Below are positions 13,958-28,100 of a stretch of 64,000 nucleotides of DNA, in pieces. Position 1 is the stretch's first letter. Every line of letters begins with the position of its first letter. The stretch lies in contig MCFH01000012.1 of the NCBI GenBank assembly GCA_002104945.1, positions 372,001 through 436,000 on the forward strand, read 5' to 3'. The position numbers and the translations under genes were made by a program. The DNA comes from Piromyces finnis finn (lineage: Eukaryota > Fungi > Neocallimastigomycota). The notes under the pieces were generated by a model. It was not told the DNA's origin. It saw nothing but the letters and a program-made list of their open reading frames with translations, and searched no databases.

Positions 13958-16900
13958 TCTTGATTCTGGTTCATGATATCTTTTAAGAATTATTTTTAAA
14001 ATATTTTAATTTAATGAAATTTGATTCAATAATCTCCAACTATTCTAACTAAAATATTTATATACTACTACTACTACTACTACTACTACTAAAACTATAA
14101 TAAAATATATTTCACCAATGCTATCTATCAATAATGAATATTTTATAATATAAAAATTAAATTATATATATCACGAAAAAAAAAAAAAATTTATATATTA
14201 ATTACTAAAAGTATGGATTTTCTAATTTTTTTTTTTTAATATTATAAATCTATATGTTGTTTAATGTTATTCTTGGTGTATTTAATTAAGCTTCATAATA
14301 TGTATAGTGTAAAACAATTGAAGAGATAAATATGTATATATATGAAAAATATGATATTAGAATGTTAAAATTTTTTTTTTAATTCCGTTGTATTTTAATT
14401 AATGATTATCTTTACAAATATATAAAAATATATGTATCAGAAATTTATTTTTACATTTTTTATTATTTCATATAATACTTTTTTCATATCATCGTGTAAA
14501 AGTTTTAATTAATCCTTTGATTAATAGTCTTAAATGAAATAATTGATTAATAATATACCTTTAGAATATAAAATATAATAATTAATTATATATGTCAAAC
14601 AATATACTTTTTTTTTTTTATAATTAATTCACTAATAAAAGATAATATAAATTGAAAATGAAGATAAAAATAGACCAATACTTTAAAAGTATTAAAAGAC
14701 AATAGTGTTTTTTTCACTACTAAATTTCCTAAAGAATGTTAATACGCTTTAGAGACACTAAACCTTCTTTTTCATTATTTATAGCATTGTAGTTAAACGA
14801 TAATTCAGAAAAAATATTGTATAATCTTTACAAAACTTTATCTGGACTATAATTCTATTTACCAATTTTAATAAAACTCTCTTAATTTCAAATATCAACT
14901 CAAAATGTATTTCATTAAAAATAAAACAGTCCTTATACGAGTTTCCCGCCGTTTTTGAAGTAATTTTTCACATTAGAAAATAATTTATTATACATATATT
15001 TTTACAGCCAGCATTTTCTTTTCACCTTAATAATTAATGTATATCCATATCCTTTTTACAATCAATAATAAAGGACAAGTCTTTTAGTAATAACCTCAAA
15101 CATTAATTTTTTGTGAAATTTCAATGCTTTAATTAAAATAGGTTAATTAGTTCACACTATAATGACTTTTATTTATACCGCAATCAAGTTTAATCAATTC
15201 TTTATAAAATAATTTAATATATTCATATTTTATATGTGTATTTTCCTTATTTATCATTGTTAATTTTCTTTATTTTTTTAGGATTTACATTGTATAACCA
15301 ATTTCATTTATTAGATATTTATAATCTTTTTCGTTTTTATTTACACGCCTTAATAAAAGATTTATTTTGTAGTTTCATTATTATTAAAAAAATAAAATAA
15401 AAAATGATATTGGCGCTTGTAACAATTATACAGAGCACAATAAAATTAATAATTACGTTACGTTACGTTAATTATTACATTTTAAAAATAGATCAAACTT
15501 TAATTACTATTTTTTAACCCATTTAATAAAACAAAACTATCCTAATATTGAAAAGGCACAAAGTAAAAGTATATACATGTATCTATATATTTGCAATACA
15601 AAATTAATAATGCTTAAAACTTTTATCAATGCATCAATGTATATACAAAACTTTAAAATAATTTATTAGCAATATAGTACCACCAACAGAATAGTATACT
15701 GAGTTTATACAATATATAATGTAATTCTTAAAATCTTATTGCTTCAAATGTTTTATTTCCTGAACCAGATTATATGAAAAAGTGTATAATAACTTAAAAG
15801 ATAAAAGAACAATCATTTAATAATAATAATGGCAAACATAACTTTTTATATTTTTTTTATTACATTTATAAAAAAGATAATTATTTTATATTTAATTAAA
15901 CCAAATTAAAACGTTTTAACATCTTATACCCTACTTTTTTAAATATATATACATACCTATTCATTAAATAGTTTTGTAATATAAGATATGTGCTTTAATT
16001 AAATGCTAAAGATAGTATGAAACAATATTATTATGTACTTTATAAATAAATAAAAAAGAAATAAAGGACCAAATTAAAATAAATATTAAGGAATATTGCT
16101 AAGAATTGAGGAAAAAAAAAAAGTTTTTTCATTGCCCAGTAAGCTAATGAAATCCATTACTTTTAATTCTTAGTTAAAATTGGCATATATTCATTTTCAT
16201 TATTAGTAAATAAAAAACCTAACCCACATCAATTTTTGATCTACATTTCAATACATTTTTAACTTTTAAATACAAAATGTATTTGTGATACATTCATTTC
16301 AAAAAAATAATTTTTATTTTAAATTTTATAATATTATATTTATTTTTAAAAATTATTTCTGATATGATTGGTTATAAAATATCCAATCAATAATACTATT
16401 TATATATATTTTTAAATTTAAATTTAATATATTATAATATATATGAATATTATATATTACATCATATATTATGTTTTTTTTAATTTAAAATTTTAAAATA
16501 ATAATTATTATAATAAATTAAATTTTGTATAAAAAATTTTAAATTTAATAAAAAGTATTTTTAAAGAGAATCCTAATTATTATGATGTCGTCGTTGAGGT
16601 GTGGTGGTGTGGTGTGTGTGTAGTAGGAATTTTTTTTATATGGTTAATCATTTGCTTTTTTTTTTTTTTTTACTATCTTTTATAGTATCAATGTAATAGT
16701 ATGGAGAATATAAAATTATTTTATTGAAAAATAGTTAGGATTAAATTTTTATAAATAATTTATTTCAATACATCATATATTATAATATATCATAATAAAT
16801 TGTAGAATATAATCTAATATATTGAACATTTTTATTATATTATTATTTGTCAATTTAATATTAATTTTTTTTTTTTTTTTAAATTTTTTTAATTTCTTAT

Positions 16901-17055
16901 TTTTACATATTTTTTATTCTTTACAAAATAATATAGATTTCAATAATTGGGAATTGAATTATTGAAAAATCATCAATTTTATAATAAAGATTTGAATATT
17001 TGTCATCGTTTTATTTTTTTATCCATATTTAATTTAATAAAAATCAATAATCAAA

Positions 17056-19301
17056 ATGCTTGTTTTATTTGAAACTCCAGCTGGTTATGCCTTATTTAAA
17101 ATGGCCGATGAAGGTCAACTTAAGAATGCTGATGATATTTGGAAGAACTTTGAAACCCCAGAAGCAGCAAACAAGATGTATGTTATTTAATTTTTTTTTA
17201 TAACATTTTTTATTTAAATTTAAAAAAGATTAGATTGGTGTTGATTTCTTTGTATTTAGCTACTTGAATATACTTTTAAATTATAATTCTTTTATATCTA
17301 TCTTTTATTCGTTCTTTTTATTTTTTACTTTTTATTTAATATCCATAAATCTATACTTTTATTAAAAGTAAAGATCTATAGAATTTAAAATAAAGTGAAA
17401 AAGGAAGAAAATAAAAGTGACAATACAAAAGAAAAATATTTTAAAATATATAATGATAATGGAGCTAAAGGAAAGAAAAAATTTTTTTTAAAAGAAAAAA
17501 AAAGCATGGATAATTTTTTTAGATGCAAATAAAATATGAGATAAAAAAGAAAGAAAAAAAAAGGGAAGAGAATTTATATGGAATTTGAATTTTTTGAATT
17601 GATTATAAAAAGTAGTAAAAAGATTTGTATCTCAATTATCAGTGAACTTTTTATTTAAAGAAATATTGTGGAATATTGATTGATTAATGAATTATTCTGT
17701 TTCAATATGAAAATTACATTAAAATAGTTTAAAGCTTAAGGCTTTCTCCAAGTTTGAAAACACCACTGATGCCCTTTCAGCTGCTACTGCTATTGTTGAA
17801 GGAAAGATTTCAAAGAATTTAAAGAAATTCTTACAAACTGAATTAACTGAAAAGGATTTAAAAGAAAAGTTAGCTGTTTCTGATTCCAAATTAGGTAAAT
17901 AATTTGAAGAAATATTTAATTTTTGATGACCACTTTTTTTTTAAAAGTGTACTAAATAGAATTTTATATAATTTTATATAAATTTAATATTCTTTTAATT
18001 CTATTATCAAAAAAAAAAAAAACAAATATTCACTGGGAAAAATAATGAACCATCAAATATTATTGAAATAAATCAATGGATTAATTAATAAAGGTAACGC
18101 TATTGCTAAGAAGCTTAATATTCAAGTTGTTTCTGACAATGCTGTCTTTGAATTAATGCGTGGTATTAGAACTCAATATGAAAGTTTAATTACTGGTATG
18201 AAGAAGGAAGATATGAACGCTATGGTTCTTGGTTTATCTCACTCTCTTTCTCGTTACAAGTTAAAGTTCTCTCCAGATAAGGTTGATACTATGATTATTC
18301 AAGCTATTAGTTTATTAGATGATCTTGATAAGGAATTAAACACTTACGCTATGAGAGTTAAGGAATGGTACGGATGGCATTTCCCAGAAATTGCTAAGAT
18401 TATTGTTGATAACTTAGCTTATGCCAAGACTATTAAGGCTATGGGTTTCCGTACTAATGCTCAAACCACCGATTTCTCTGATATTCTTCCAGAAGAACTT
18501 GAAAAGGAAGTTAAGGAAGCTGCTGAAATTTCCATGGGTACTGAAATTAGTGAAGAAGATATTGAAAACATTCACCTTTTATGTGACCAAATCATTTCTC
18601 TTACTGAATACCGTACTCAACTTTACGATTACTTAAAGAACCGTATGCAAGCTATTGCTCCAAACTTAACTACCTTAGTTGGTGAATTAGTTGGTGCTCG
18701 TTTAATTTCTCACGCTGGTTCCTTATTAAACCTTGCTAAGCACCCAGCCTCTACTGTTCAAATTTTAGGTGCTGAAAAGGCTTTATTCAGAGCTCTTAAG
18801 ACTAAGCACGATACTCCAAAGTACGGTCTTATCTACCACGCTTCTTACGTTGGTCAAGCTGGTCCAAAGTTAAAGGGTAAGATGGCTCGTACTGTTGCCT
18901 CCAAGGCTGCTATCTCTGTCCGTTGTGATGCTTTAGGTGACAAGGATACTAAAGAAATTGGTACTGAATTACGTAACAAGATTGAAAACCGTCTTCGTCA
19001 ATTAGAAGGTCGTTCCGTTCATACTGCCAATGCTGGTGCTGCTGGTGGTAAGGCTAAGCAAAAGAAGTTCAACTTTGTTTCTTCTTCCTCATACAATGCT
19101 GCTGCTGATTCTACAATAAAGCCAGAAGAACCAAGTAAGAAGAGAAAGGCTGAAGAAGAAGTTGACAATGAAGTTGAAGTCAAGAAAGAAAAGAAGGAAA
19201 AGAAAGAAAAGAAGGATAAGAAGGAAAAGAAAGAAAAGAAGGACAAGAAGGATAAGAAAGAAAAGAAAGACAAGAAAGAAAAGAAATCCAAGAAGGATTA
19301 A
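17056..19301 (+). CDS. NOP58: Nucleolar protein 58 (box C/D snoRNP); join(17056..17177,17728..17894,18094..19301)
   Basis: [15 protein letters not shown] start, [65 protein letters not shown] and a KKE/D tail. The junctions keep the frame. Confidence 0.96.
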
Positions 19302-20010
19302 ATAGTTAATAAATCCTAAAATATATTCATATGGCACCTTTTTTAATTTATTTTTTTAGTATAATTTACCTAATATAATTATAGATTAACTAGTTATAGA
19401 TAAAAATAATTATTTTTTAATATTTTCAAATAATGATTGTAATTGAAAATTAAAAAAAAAAAAAAATTATATTTCATTCACAATAAAAACTCAAATCATT
19501 CATAATTAAATATATATATATAACTATTACTATTTTGTAGTAATTGTTGAATTAAGGGAGGAGAGGTATTTTTAGAGGTGTGTTTTTAATTTTTTATTTA
19601 GTTTTTAAAATAGTAAAAAAAAAAAAAAAAGATGTTTTAGTTTTTTTTACCCCACGATAATTCAACGTGATAAAACATATGGATTAAACTGGTAGAAAGA
19701 AAATCATTTTTAAAAAGAATATACCCTCTATTAAAAATGAAAAAGATTCACATTTTTATATCTATCTATATCTATTAATTTTATGTTTCTATGAATTTAA
19801 AAAAAAAAAAAAAAACATGTATAATCACAAATAGGTATTAATTCAAGTAACTTGTTTCTTTTTCTTTTTCTTTTTTTTTTTTTCTTTTTTTTTTTTTTTA
19901 AATTTCTTTGTTATTGATAATTTAAAAAAAAGTATCTTTAGTAATATTACCACTGGTAATGTATTTTTAATCCTTTTTAGTTAAAAACCATGTGAGACTT
20001 TTGGCCTTTA

Positions 20011-20052
20011 TTTTTAACAGCATCAACTATTTTTTAAAAATTAAAATCCATG

Positions 20053-20088
<36 letters not shown>

Positions 20089-21910
20089 TTGGTTAAATCC
20101 AAAGGAATAAAGATTGAGTATAATGTGTTCTAGTAACCTTAAAGTAAGAACGCCACGATTATACTAAAGTATCATAATTTGTATTTGACTTCCCACATAG
20201 GAGACACCGAATCAAAAGATTAAAAAACTTTATCATGGATCTTTCCATTGGTTGCGTTGGTTCTCCCTGACCTGTCTTACTGTTGTTGCTTGCTTGCTTC
20301 AAACCTTTTGACCATTGACCATTGCTTGACCAATAACAAAAGACATGATTTTGGTTAAAAGTTTCGCGGTTACCGTCAGGAATGGTGTGTTCCTTCATTA
20401 GTGTCAGATTGAATCGGACACTTGCAAAGTTCTTTCCATTCCCTTGAATTGTAATTGATATCGGTAAAACTTTTTCCCCCGGGGAAGGAATTTAAATATT
20501 TTACTGCACACACTAGAATAATCATACACATTAATATTCATCGGCCGGATTTTTTGAACTATTACTATTATTAACTAAATTACTATCAAAAATTAGAATT
20601 ATTATCTTCGCTATTGCTATCATTACTAATATTATTATTTCTACTACTACTATTGTTATTATTACTATTTCTACTACTACTATTATTATTATTACTATTG
20701 TTATTATTACTATTGTTATTATTATTATTGTTTCTATTATTACTACTATTGTTATTATTACTATTAATATTATTGCTATCTCTACTGATATTAACATTAT
20801 TAATATTATATGCAATGAATTATATTATAATTAAGAAATAATTAATATTATTAATACTATAAACAATAGTTATTTTCAATAATTAGTAATAAGTCTTAAG
20901 TTTAGTTTTAGTATTATAAAATATATTATAAATATAATCATGCATTGAAAAGTGATTTCATTATTAAATGTAATTTTATAAATAGTTTAGAATATTTTAT
21001 AAATTTAAATCCTTTGTAAAGATTATTAACAATAATTAATACTTAATGAGTATTACTATTAAATAATCTTATTATTATATTCTTTATTAATATTTTATTT
21101 AAATAAAATAAAAAGGAATTATTTTAATTGTTTCTATTATTACTACTATTGTTATTATTACTATTAATATTATTGCTATCTCTACTGATATTAACATTTT
21201 CATTATTATTGATAGGGCTGTTGGCATTACGTTGACTGAAAAAAATTTAATAGCTGGACTGTGGAATCATAATGTTTAATACGGATACCTCTGAATGTTG
21301 GTCAATCTAATAACCAATGCTTAATATCTTGAACACCACTCTTACAACATGGACAGTAGTTAGGACAAACTGGATCAACAAATTTAGCAGCTTTGGCAAC
21401 TCTAGCATCCAACTTGTATCTGATTCTTGCTTTCAATAGCCAGTAGAAACCATAGGCAAACTTTGGGTATTCATAACATAATTTGATAAAATCTTTAGTT
21501 TCAATAAGATTATTATCATCCTAATATTGCGCTTTGATTGAATTCCCTTTGAGATCTTTCCAATAAAAGTTTTTAACTGCTTTAACATCTCCATACCTCT
21601 TTAATTTTTTATCAAGTGTCCTACTTGATTTGCACCACGTGTATTTTCTAAATTTAGGAATGTAATTGACAAGGTATGAGATAATACAATTTGAGTTTTT
21701 CCATTTGTTAAAACATCTAACCTGAGCTAACGCACATTTGGCTGACAATGGAGGAATATTCAAATCTTTTGAGATAGAGTATAAAGATATAAACGATACA
21801 GCTTTATGAACTCCGGCAACCCATCGTATTCCTTTATTAACATGCTTCTGAGCAATTCTAGACCTAGCTTTATTGGATCCAAGTAATGGTGCAAAGTATG
21901 AAACTCTGCT

Positions 21911-21943
<33 letters not shown>

Positions 21944-22497
21944 GGCATCAAATATTTTAAACTTTATTATTAATTTAATTAAAATTATAATACATGTAAT
22001 ATAAAAATTAAAATAAAATAAAAATAAAAAAATATGTTTAAATAAACACAAATGAATAAAAATTGGGTATAATGTATTCTAGTAATTTTAATTAAAGTAA
22101 GAAAGCCACTATCATACTAAAGTATAATAATTGTATTTGACTTCCAATGGGACACCGAGCCAAAGATCAAAATTTTGTCATGGAACAAAATTATGATCTC
22201 CATTATTGGTTGCGCTGGCCCTCCTGGCCTGTCTTACTGTTTCTTCAGCATTGACGCTCTTGGATGTTGCTTCAAACCTTTTGAACATTGACCATTGCTG
22301 GCCAATAACAAAAGGCATGATTTTGGTTAGAAGTTCCGCGGTTACCGTCAAGAATGGTGTTCCTTCGTTAGTACCAACTCTGCTAATCACTTGTGAGTTA
22401 AGTACTAGCTTTTTGAAGGGAATAGGAATATTAGGATTTCTTAAGAATTTACTGACTGAAAAAAGTCCTTTCAAAATGTTGGATCTTTCCTCCATGC
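20011..22497 (-). mobile_element. 5'-truncated LINE (ORF2 C-terminus + 3' UTR) interrupted by two insertions
   Basis: After removing 21914-22387 and 20799-21198 the minus strand reads KFLRNPNIPIPFKKLVLNSQVISRV-SYFAPLLG...CPCCKSGVQDIKHWLLD*PTF (CCHC knuckle; the stop sits where the last Cys is expected), then an Asn-rich linker, a C-terminal tail and a 3' end matching the other copies. Confidence 0.85.
21914..22375 (-). mobile_element. Nested 5'-truncated LINE copy with 12-bp TSD and poly(A)
   Basis: AACTCTGCTAAT occurs at 21902-21913 and 22376-22387, with a T tract to 21940. The body is homologous to 20011-20400 and 13637-13957. Confidence 0.92.
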
Positions 22498-22557
22498 TTT
22501 TTTTTTTTTTTTATTCTCAATAAATATAAAATGATGGTTCCATATATTCTGACCACC

Positions 22558-22590
<33 letters not shown>

Positions 22591-23240
22591 GTTCAGAATG
22601 AATATTGGTGATTTTTTAAATTCCATTTTATTCCAGATATTTAATGTATAATATATATAATATCTATATTTTATTTTTTTTTATTGTTATTAAAAAATAA
22701 ATCATTATTTATTTTAAAATATATATCTTTAAATAGACTTATTTATTTATTTTTCTATATATCAATAATTACTTTATTTTTTTTTTTAATTTTTTTTATT
22801 TTTATTTTTATTTATTATTTTATTTTATAATTAACACAATTAAAAAAATATTAAAATTCTATATATAAATTATTTTAAGTTATTTTTTTTTTTATTTTTA
22901 ATAAAGAAGAAAGAAAAAAAGTAAAAAGTAATAAAATAAAAATAAAATAAAAAACATTTTATAGAATTGTTTGAATTTAAAAAAAAAAAAAAAAAATTAT
23001 AAATTTTAAAGAAAATAAAAATTTATAGTATATATATATATATATAATATTGAACATCATTTATAAATAATAAAAAAACATTTAAAAAATAGAAAAAAAA
23101 AAAAAAAAAAGGGAAAAGGAAACTTTTATAAAGTTTATTATTCTCTGTTACAATTTTTCTTTCGTTTTTTTTTTTCATTTTTTTTTTTAAATAATAGGTT
23201 GATGATATATGATGTTTTTATAATGAGGATTTAAATGAAT

Positions 23241-23256
23241 CTATGCCCAAATCTAG

Positions 23257-23288
<32 letters not shown>

Positions 23289-25111
23289 TAAAATAAAAAA
23301 AAATGTTAATTAAAAATGATAATATGAAAAATAGATATATATAATCATTATTGAATAATAGATATATATATAAAATAATATATATCTATTGAATTTACCT
23401 TAAGCATACTATCCCAACTACCAGTACAGAGAGCCATACCATCAGATGAAACACCAAGGCAACTAACTCTGTTTTCGTGACCAGCTAGTACACCAACACG
23501 TTCACCCTTTAAGGTATCCCAAACGTTACAATTGAAGTCATCATAACCAGCAAATAATAATCTACCAGAAATAGAGAATGCAACAGAGGTAATACCACAA
23601 AGAATATTATCATGAGTATATTGGTTCATTTCACGATCAGCTCTTAAATCGAATAATCTACAAGAAGCATCATCAGAACCAGTACCGACAGCATCACCGT
23701 TAGGGAAGAATCTATAATAAATTTAGATTTAATATATTTGTTATACAAATCATATATTATTAATAATTTTACTTTTAATAAATTATAATAATTCTAAATT
23801 AAAAAAAAAAAAAAAACTATCTTTCTTTTTTTTTTTTTTCTGATATCATTTTATGTATTGTATTTTATGATGGCTTTAATAAATGAATAAATAGAGAGTA
23901 AAAAAAAAAAAAAAAAAAAAAACTTACTTAACAGCATTAATATCTGATTCATGACCAGTAAAGGTTTGTACACAACGACCAGTTCTAATATCCCATACCT
24001 TTGCAGTGGCATCACAAGCACCAGAGACAAAGATATTCTTATCTGGAGAAAGAGAAAGACTCATTACATCACCAGTGTGGTCAGTAAATTCTAAAGTTTT
24101 CATACCGGCATCAATATCCCAAAGCATACAAGACATATCACCAGAACTTGTCAATATTTGACGATCTCCAAGGAATCTACAGCAAGAAAGATAACCAGTG
24201 TGAGCACTAAGTTCTCTAGCAACCTTTACAGATCCTTCCTTTGTTTTTAAATTATAAATGGAACAAATATTATCTAAACCACCACAAGCAACAAAGTTAC
24301 CAGATGGAGCATAAGCACAGGTCATAACCCATGATGAACGTAATGGAATAGCGTGTACCTTATTTGTAGTATAACCATCCCAAACAATTAATTTACCATC
24401 TTGTGAAGCACTAACTAAATGTCTTTTATCAGAAGCCCAGTGCATAGCGTAAATTTTAGCAAGGTGACCCTTTAAGGTTCTTCTTACTTTCATAGAGAGA
24501 CGTGGAAGTTGTTCAACATCTTGAGCAACAGCTCTTACTGTTTTTATTTTACACCAATTTTTATTTTTTTATTTTTTTTTTTTAGTTTGTTATTAATTAT
24601 TAGTTATTATTATGGTTGTTATTATTGTTCAACATAATATTTCAAAAAAAAAAAAAAAATTATTTGGGTTTTTTATTTTCGGATATTTTTTTTATTTATT
24701 TATTGTAATATTTAAAAAAAAGTATTGTTGTTGTTGTTGTTGTTGTTTTATTTATTAAAAGGTGAATATTATTGTGAGAAAAATAAAATAAAATATAAAA
24801 GCATATAGATATATAAAATATTATATTAGTAAATTAATAGTTGGTAAATATATGGTTTTCTTATTATATATTATATATATAAATAAATAAAAAAAAAAAA
24901 AAAAAACATGGTATAAAATGTATGAAATATTTTCCGATACTGTTTACTAAAAAAAATATTCAATATTTTTAATGTATATGTATATTTTTTTAACATTATT
25001 TATTTGCTTACAAGTAGTATCATTTAATGAATCTTTTTTAGCCTTAATTTTTTCTTTTAAAATTTCGGCTTCTTTACGAGCATTAGCTGTTCTTTCTGCG
25101 ATATCACCCAT
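23241..25111 (-). CDS. GPB1: Heterotrimeric G-protein beta subunit; join(25111..25012,24537..23928,23711..23399,23252..23241)
   Basis: [76 protein letters not shown] and a terminal IWA*. Seven-WD40 layout with GT-AG introns. Confidence 0.97.
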
Positions 25112-28100
25112 GTTTATTTATTTATATATTTTATCTACTTTAAATTACTGAATATAATAATAATAATAATAAAAAAAATATTAATATAAATTAATTATTA
25201 TCAAAGAAAAAATAAATTCAAAAACATATAATTGTTTTTTCTTTTTGTATTTTATTCTATTTTTATTTTTTATTTTATTTTATTTTTTTTTTCTTTATTG
25301 ATGAGTACTATTATTGTATATATATATAAAAAAAATTATGCTTTTTATTTTAAAAATATATATATATTTATTTTATTTTTTTTTATAATTATTAAAACTT
25401 TTATTTCGCCGAAAAAATAATTTATAATATATCGGTCGTGTTTTAAAGTGTTTTTTTTTTTTTAATTTTATTTTTTTTTTTTATTGTCATTTCTATATTT
25501 ATATACTTGTAATGTTTTGTACATTGAATACTATAATAATATTATCATTTTACATTTATATATTCAAGTTTGATGAATTATTTATAATAAATATATATAG
25601 TTTTTTTTTTTTATTATTAAAACAACTATTTTTACTTTATGAAATTTAAATGAATATTTTTATTTTTATTATGTATTTTTACTTTTTTTTTTTTTTTTTT
25701 ACAAAAACGTTTGAAATAATATGGGATATTATGTATTTTATACTATTAATAAATAGAATATAAATTATTAAGGGGTTTAAAAAAATAAATACTTTTTTAA
25801 AAGTTTCTATTATTTTAATTGTATTAAATATGAATTAATCGTATAGCGTTATTATATGTGAATGTGAAGGATTAAATTATAAATTAAAACATTTATTCCT
25901 GTGTAGAACTATAATATTACTTTTGATATGACTATTTTATTTTTTTATAATAACAAAAATAAAAAAAATAAAAATTTTTACTTTTTTTTTTGTTTTTTTT
26001 TTTTTTTACTTTTGTATAATTAATGAAAAGGTATAAATGTATAAATTATAAATATTTTTTTTAAAAATAAAATTAAACTTTTTTTTTTTTATATTAATTT
26101 AGATTGTAGGAAGAATGATATATTCTATAAATAATGAATACTTTAAAATTCAATTTATTATCTGCTATGTCAATAAAAATTATATTATTTTGTTTATTTT
26201 GTATTCTTAAAAAAGATAGAAAATATTTAATAATTCTATTTGGTTTATATTAATTAAAATTACAAATAGTATAAACTTTTACTGTTGTATCCTTCTTTTG
26301 ATATTATTTAAAATTTATAATGGATATTTTTATCCATCATGGGCTATTATTATTAAAAGTTCAACTTTGAATTATAATATTTAGCTATGATTAAAAGTTC
26401 AACTTTGAATTGTAGTATTTTAGCTATTATTAAAAATTCAACTTTGAATTGTAGTATTTTAGCTATGATTATGATGATTATTATTATTTTTAATTTTTAG
26501 TGTTAAATCATCTTGTTTTATTTATACACTTTGGATTATTATAGTTTTGTATTTATCAAACTTTAACTTTTTAAAATCAAAAAATTTAATATATTAAACT
26601 TAATATTCCATCCTTTGCATCATTATAAACATCAACATATTATCGTTTTATTTATATCAATTTTATATTTATTTTTATAGGGTAGATCGTTGTATAGCGT
26701 TAATTTTAAATTGCTAAAATGGTATTAATAGTAAACTTTAAAAAATTTATATTCGAATAAAAATTTTTGACTTTTGAGCTCTTTCAACCCTAACTATTAA
26801 AAAATGTTTCTTCTTCTTCTCCTTCTCCTTATTATTATTATTATTATTTAATTTTAATATTCTATTTTATGATAATTAGGATTTATTTTTTATTAAATAT
26901 AAAGTTTTATCAAGTTTTTGTTCATTTTTATATTTATTAAAGTTATAATTCTTTTATGTACTAATTTATTTTGTCTTTTTTTTTTTTTATTTTGATGACT
27001 TTTTTTTTTTTTTCAGTACCTACTACTAAACTTGAACAATCTTTTTATTATATTTTTTTTAATTAATCCTATAGAAATACCAATAAATAATAACTATCCT
27101 ATTGATGTATTATACATATAGCATTGTAGTAATTTATGATGATGGTTCTTATTTTTTTTCATAATAGGTTGGGTGGTGGTGGTGGTGGTGGGGTGCCAAT
27201 AATTTTAATAAATCTATGCTTCCATCACCCATGATTTACATAAATTTATTGAAATAGATTCCTTTTTTATTGAATAAAGTTTGCTTTATTAAATTGTTTA
27301 TTTCTTCTGTTGATGATTTTTTCTTTAATCTATTTTTAATATGGATGATACTATTGTGTGTAGTGTGGTATGGGTTGGTTTGGATGATAAATATTTAAAA
27401 AAAAGAAAAAGTGGATTTCATTTATTTTTTATGATAATAATGATTTATTATTGCTATTCTTAATATTTTCAACATTATTATTACTCTAATTATTATTATT
27501 ATTATAGGATTATCCTATCATTATTATCCTTGCACTATTATTATTATTATAGAATTATTATATTCTTATACACACTATTATTATTATAGGATTATCCTAT
27601 CATTATTGTTAGTCATTAACAATTTATTAGTATAGATACTATTATTGATAAACATTACAACATTAATAGCGTTATTATTAATAATTATTGTAATATTAAT
27701 TTTTTTTTCTAAAAAAACAAAACAAAACAAAATGAAAATACAAAATGTAAATATACAATTTCATTATTTTATTTTTTATTAAAATACTTTTGAATCTTTG
27801 CCGTGAAATTTCATTAAATTCCATAAATATATTTTATTATAAATTCATTTCTATTTAATTATAATAATATGTTATACAATAGTTATGTATGACTCAGTAT
27901 ATTGATAAGAACATCACTAAAATTATATACACATACACACACATAAATATACATTATTTATCTTGTGGCCAAAATACTTTTTTTTTTTTTAAAAAAAAAA
28001 CTTTACTAAAATTTTAAATTTTGTATAGAGATTTTTATTTACTAATTTTAATTAATTACTTTTTTTTTATTTTTTTTATTTTATACTATGTTTGGCATTT

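Noticed and set aside
14700-15420. Ankyrin-like pseudogene (SFIKACK..YKYLINEIG on the minus strand)
   Set aside because: The similarity is too short and stop-ridden to support by eye.
17925-17955. Box C/D snoRNA in NOP58 intron 2 (TGATGA present)
   Set aside because: There is no CTGA D box in that intron.
22178-22495. 105-aa ORF as a real gene
   Set aside because: It is a chance in-frame fusion of the host LINE ORF2 and the nested LINE copy across the TSD. The antisense ORF 22206-22523 is a shadow.
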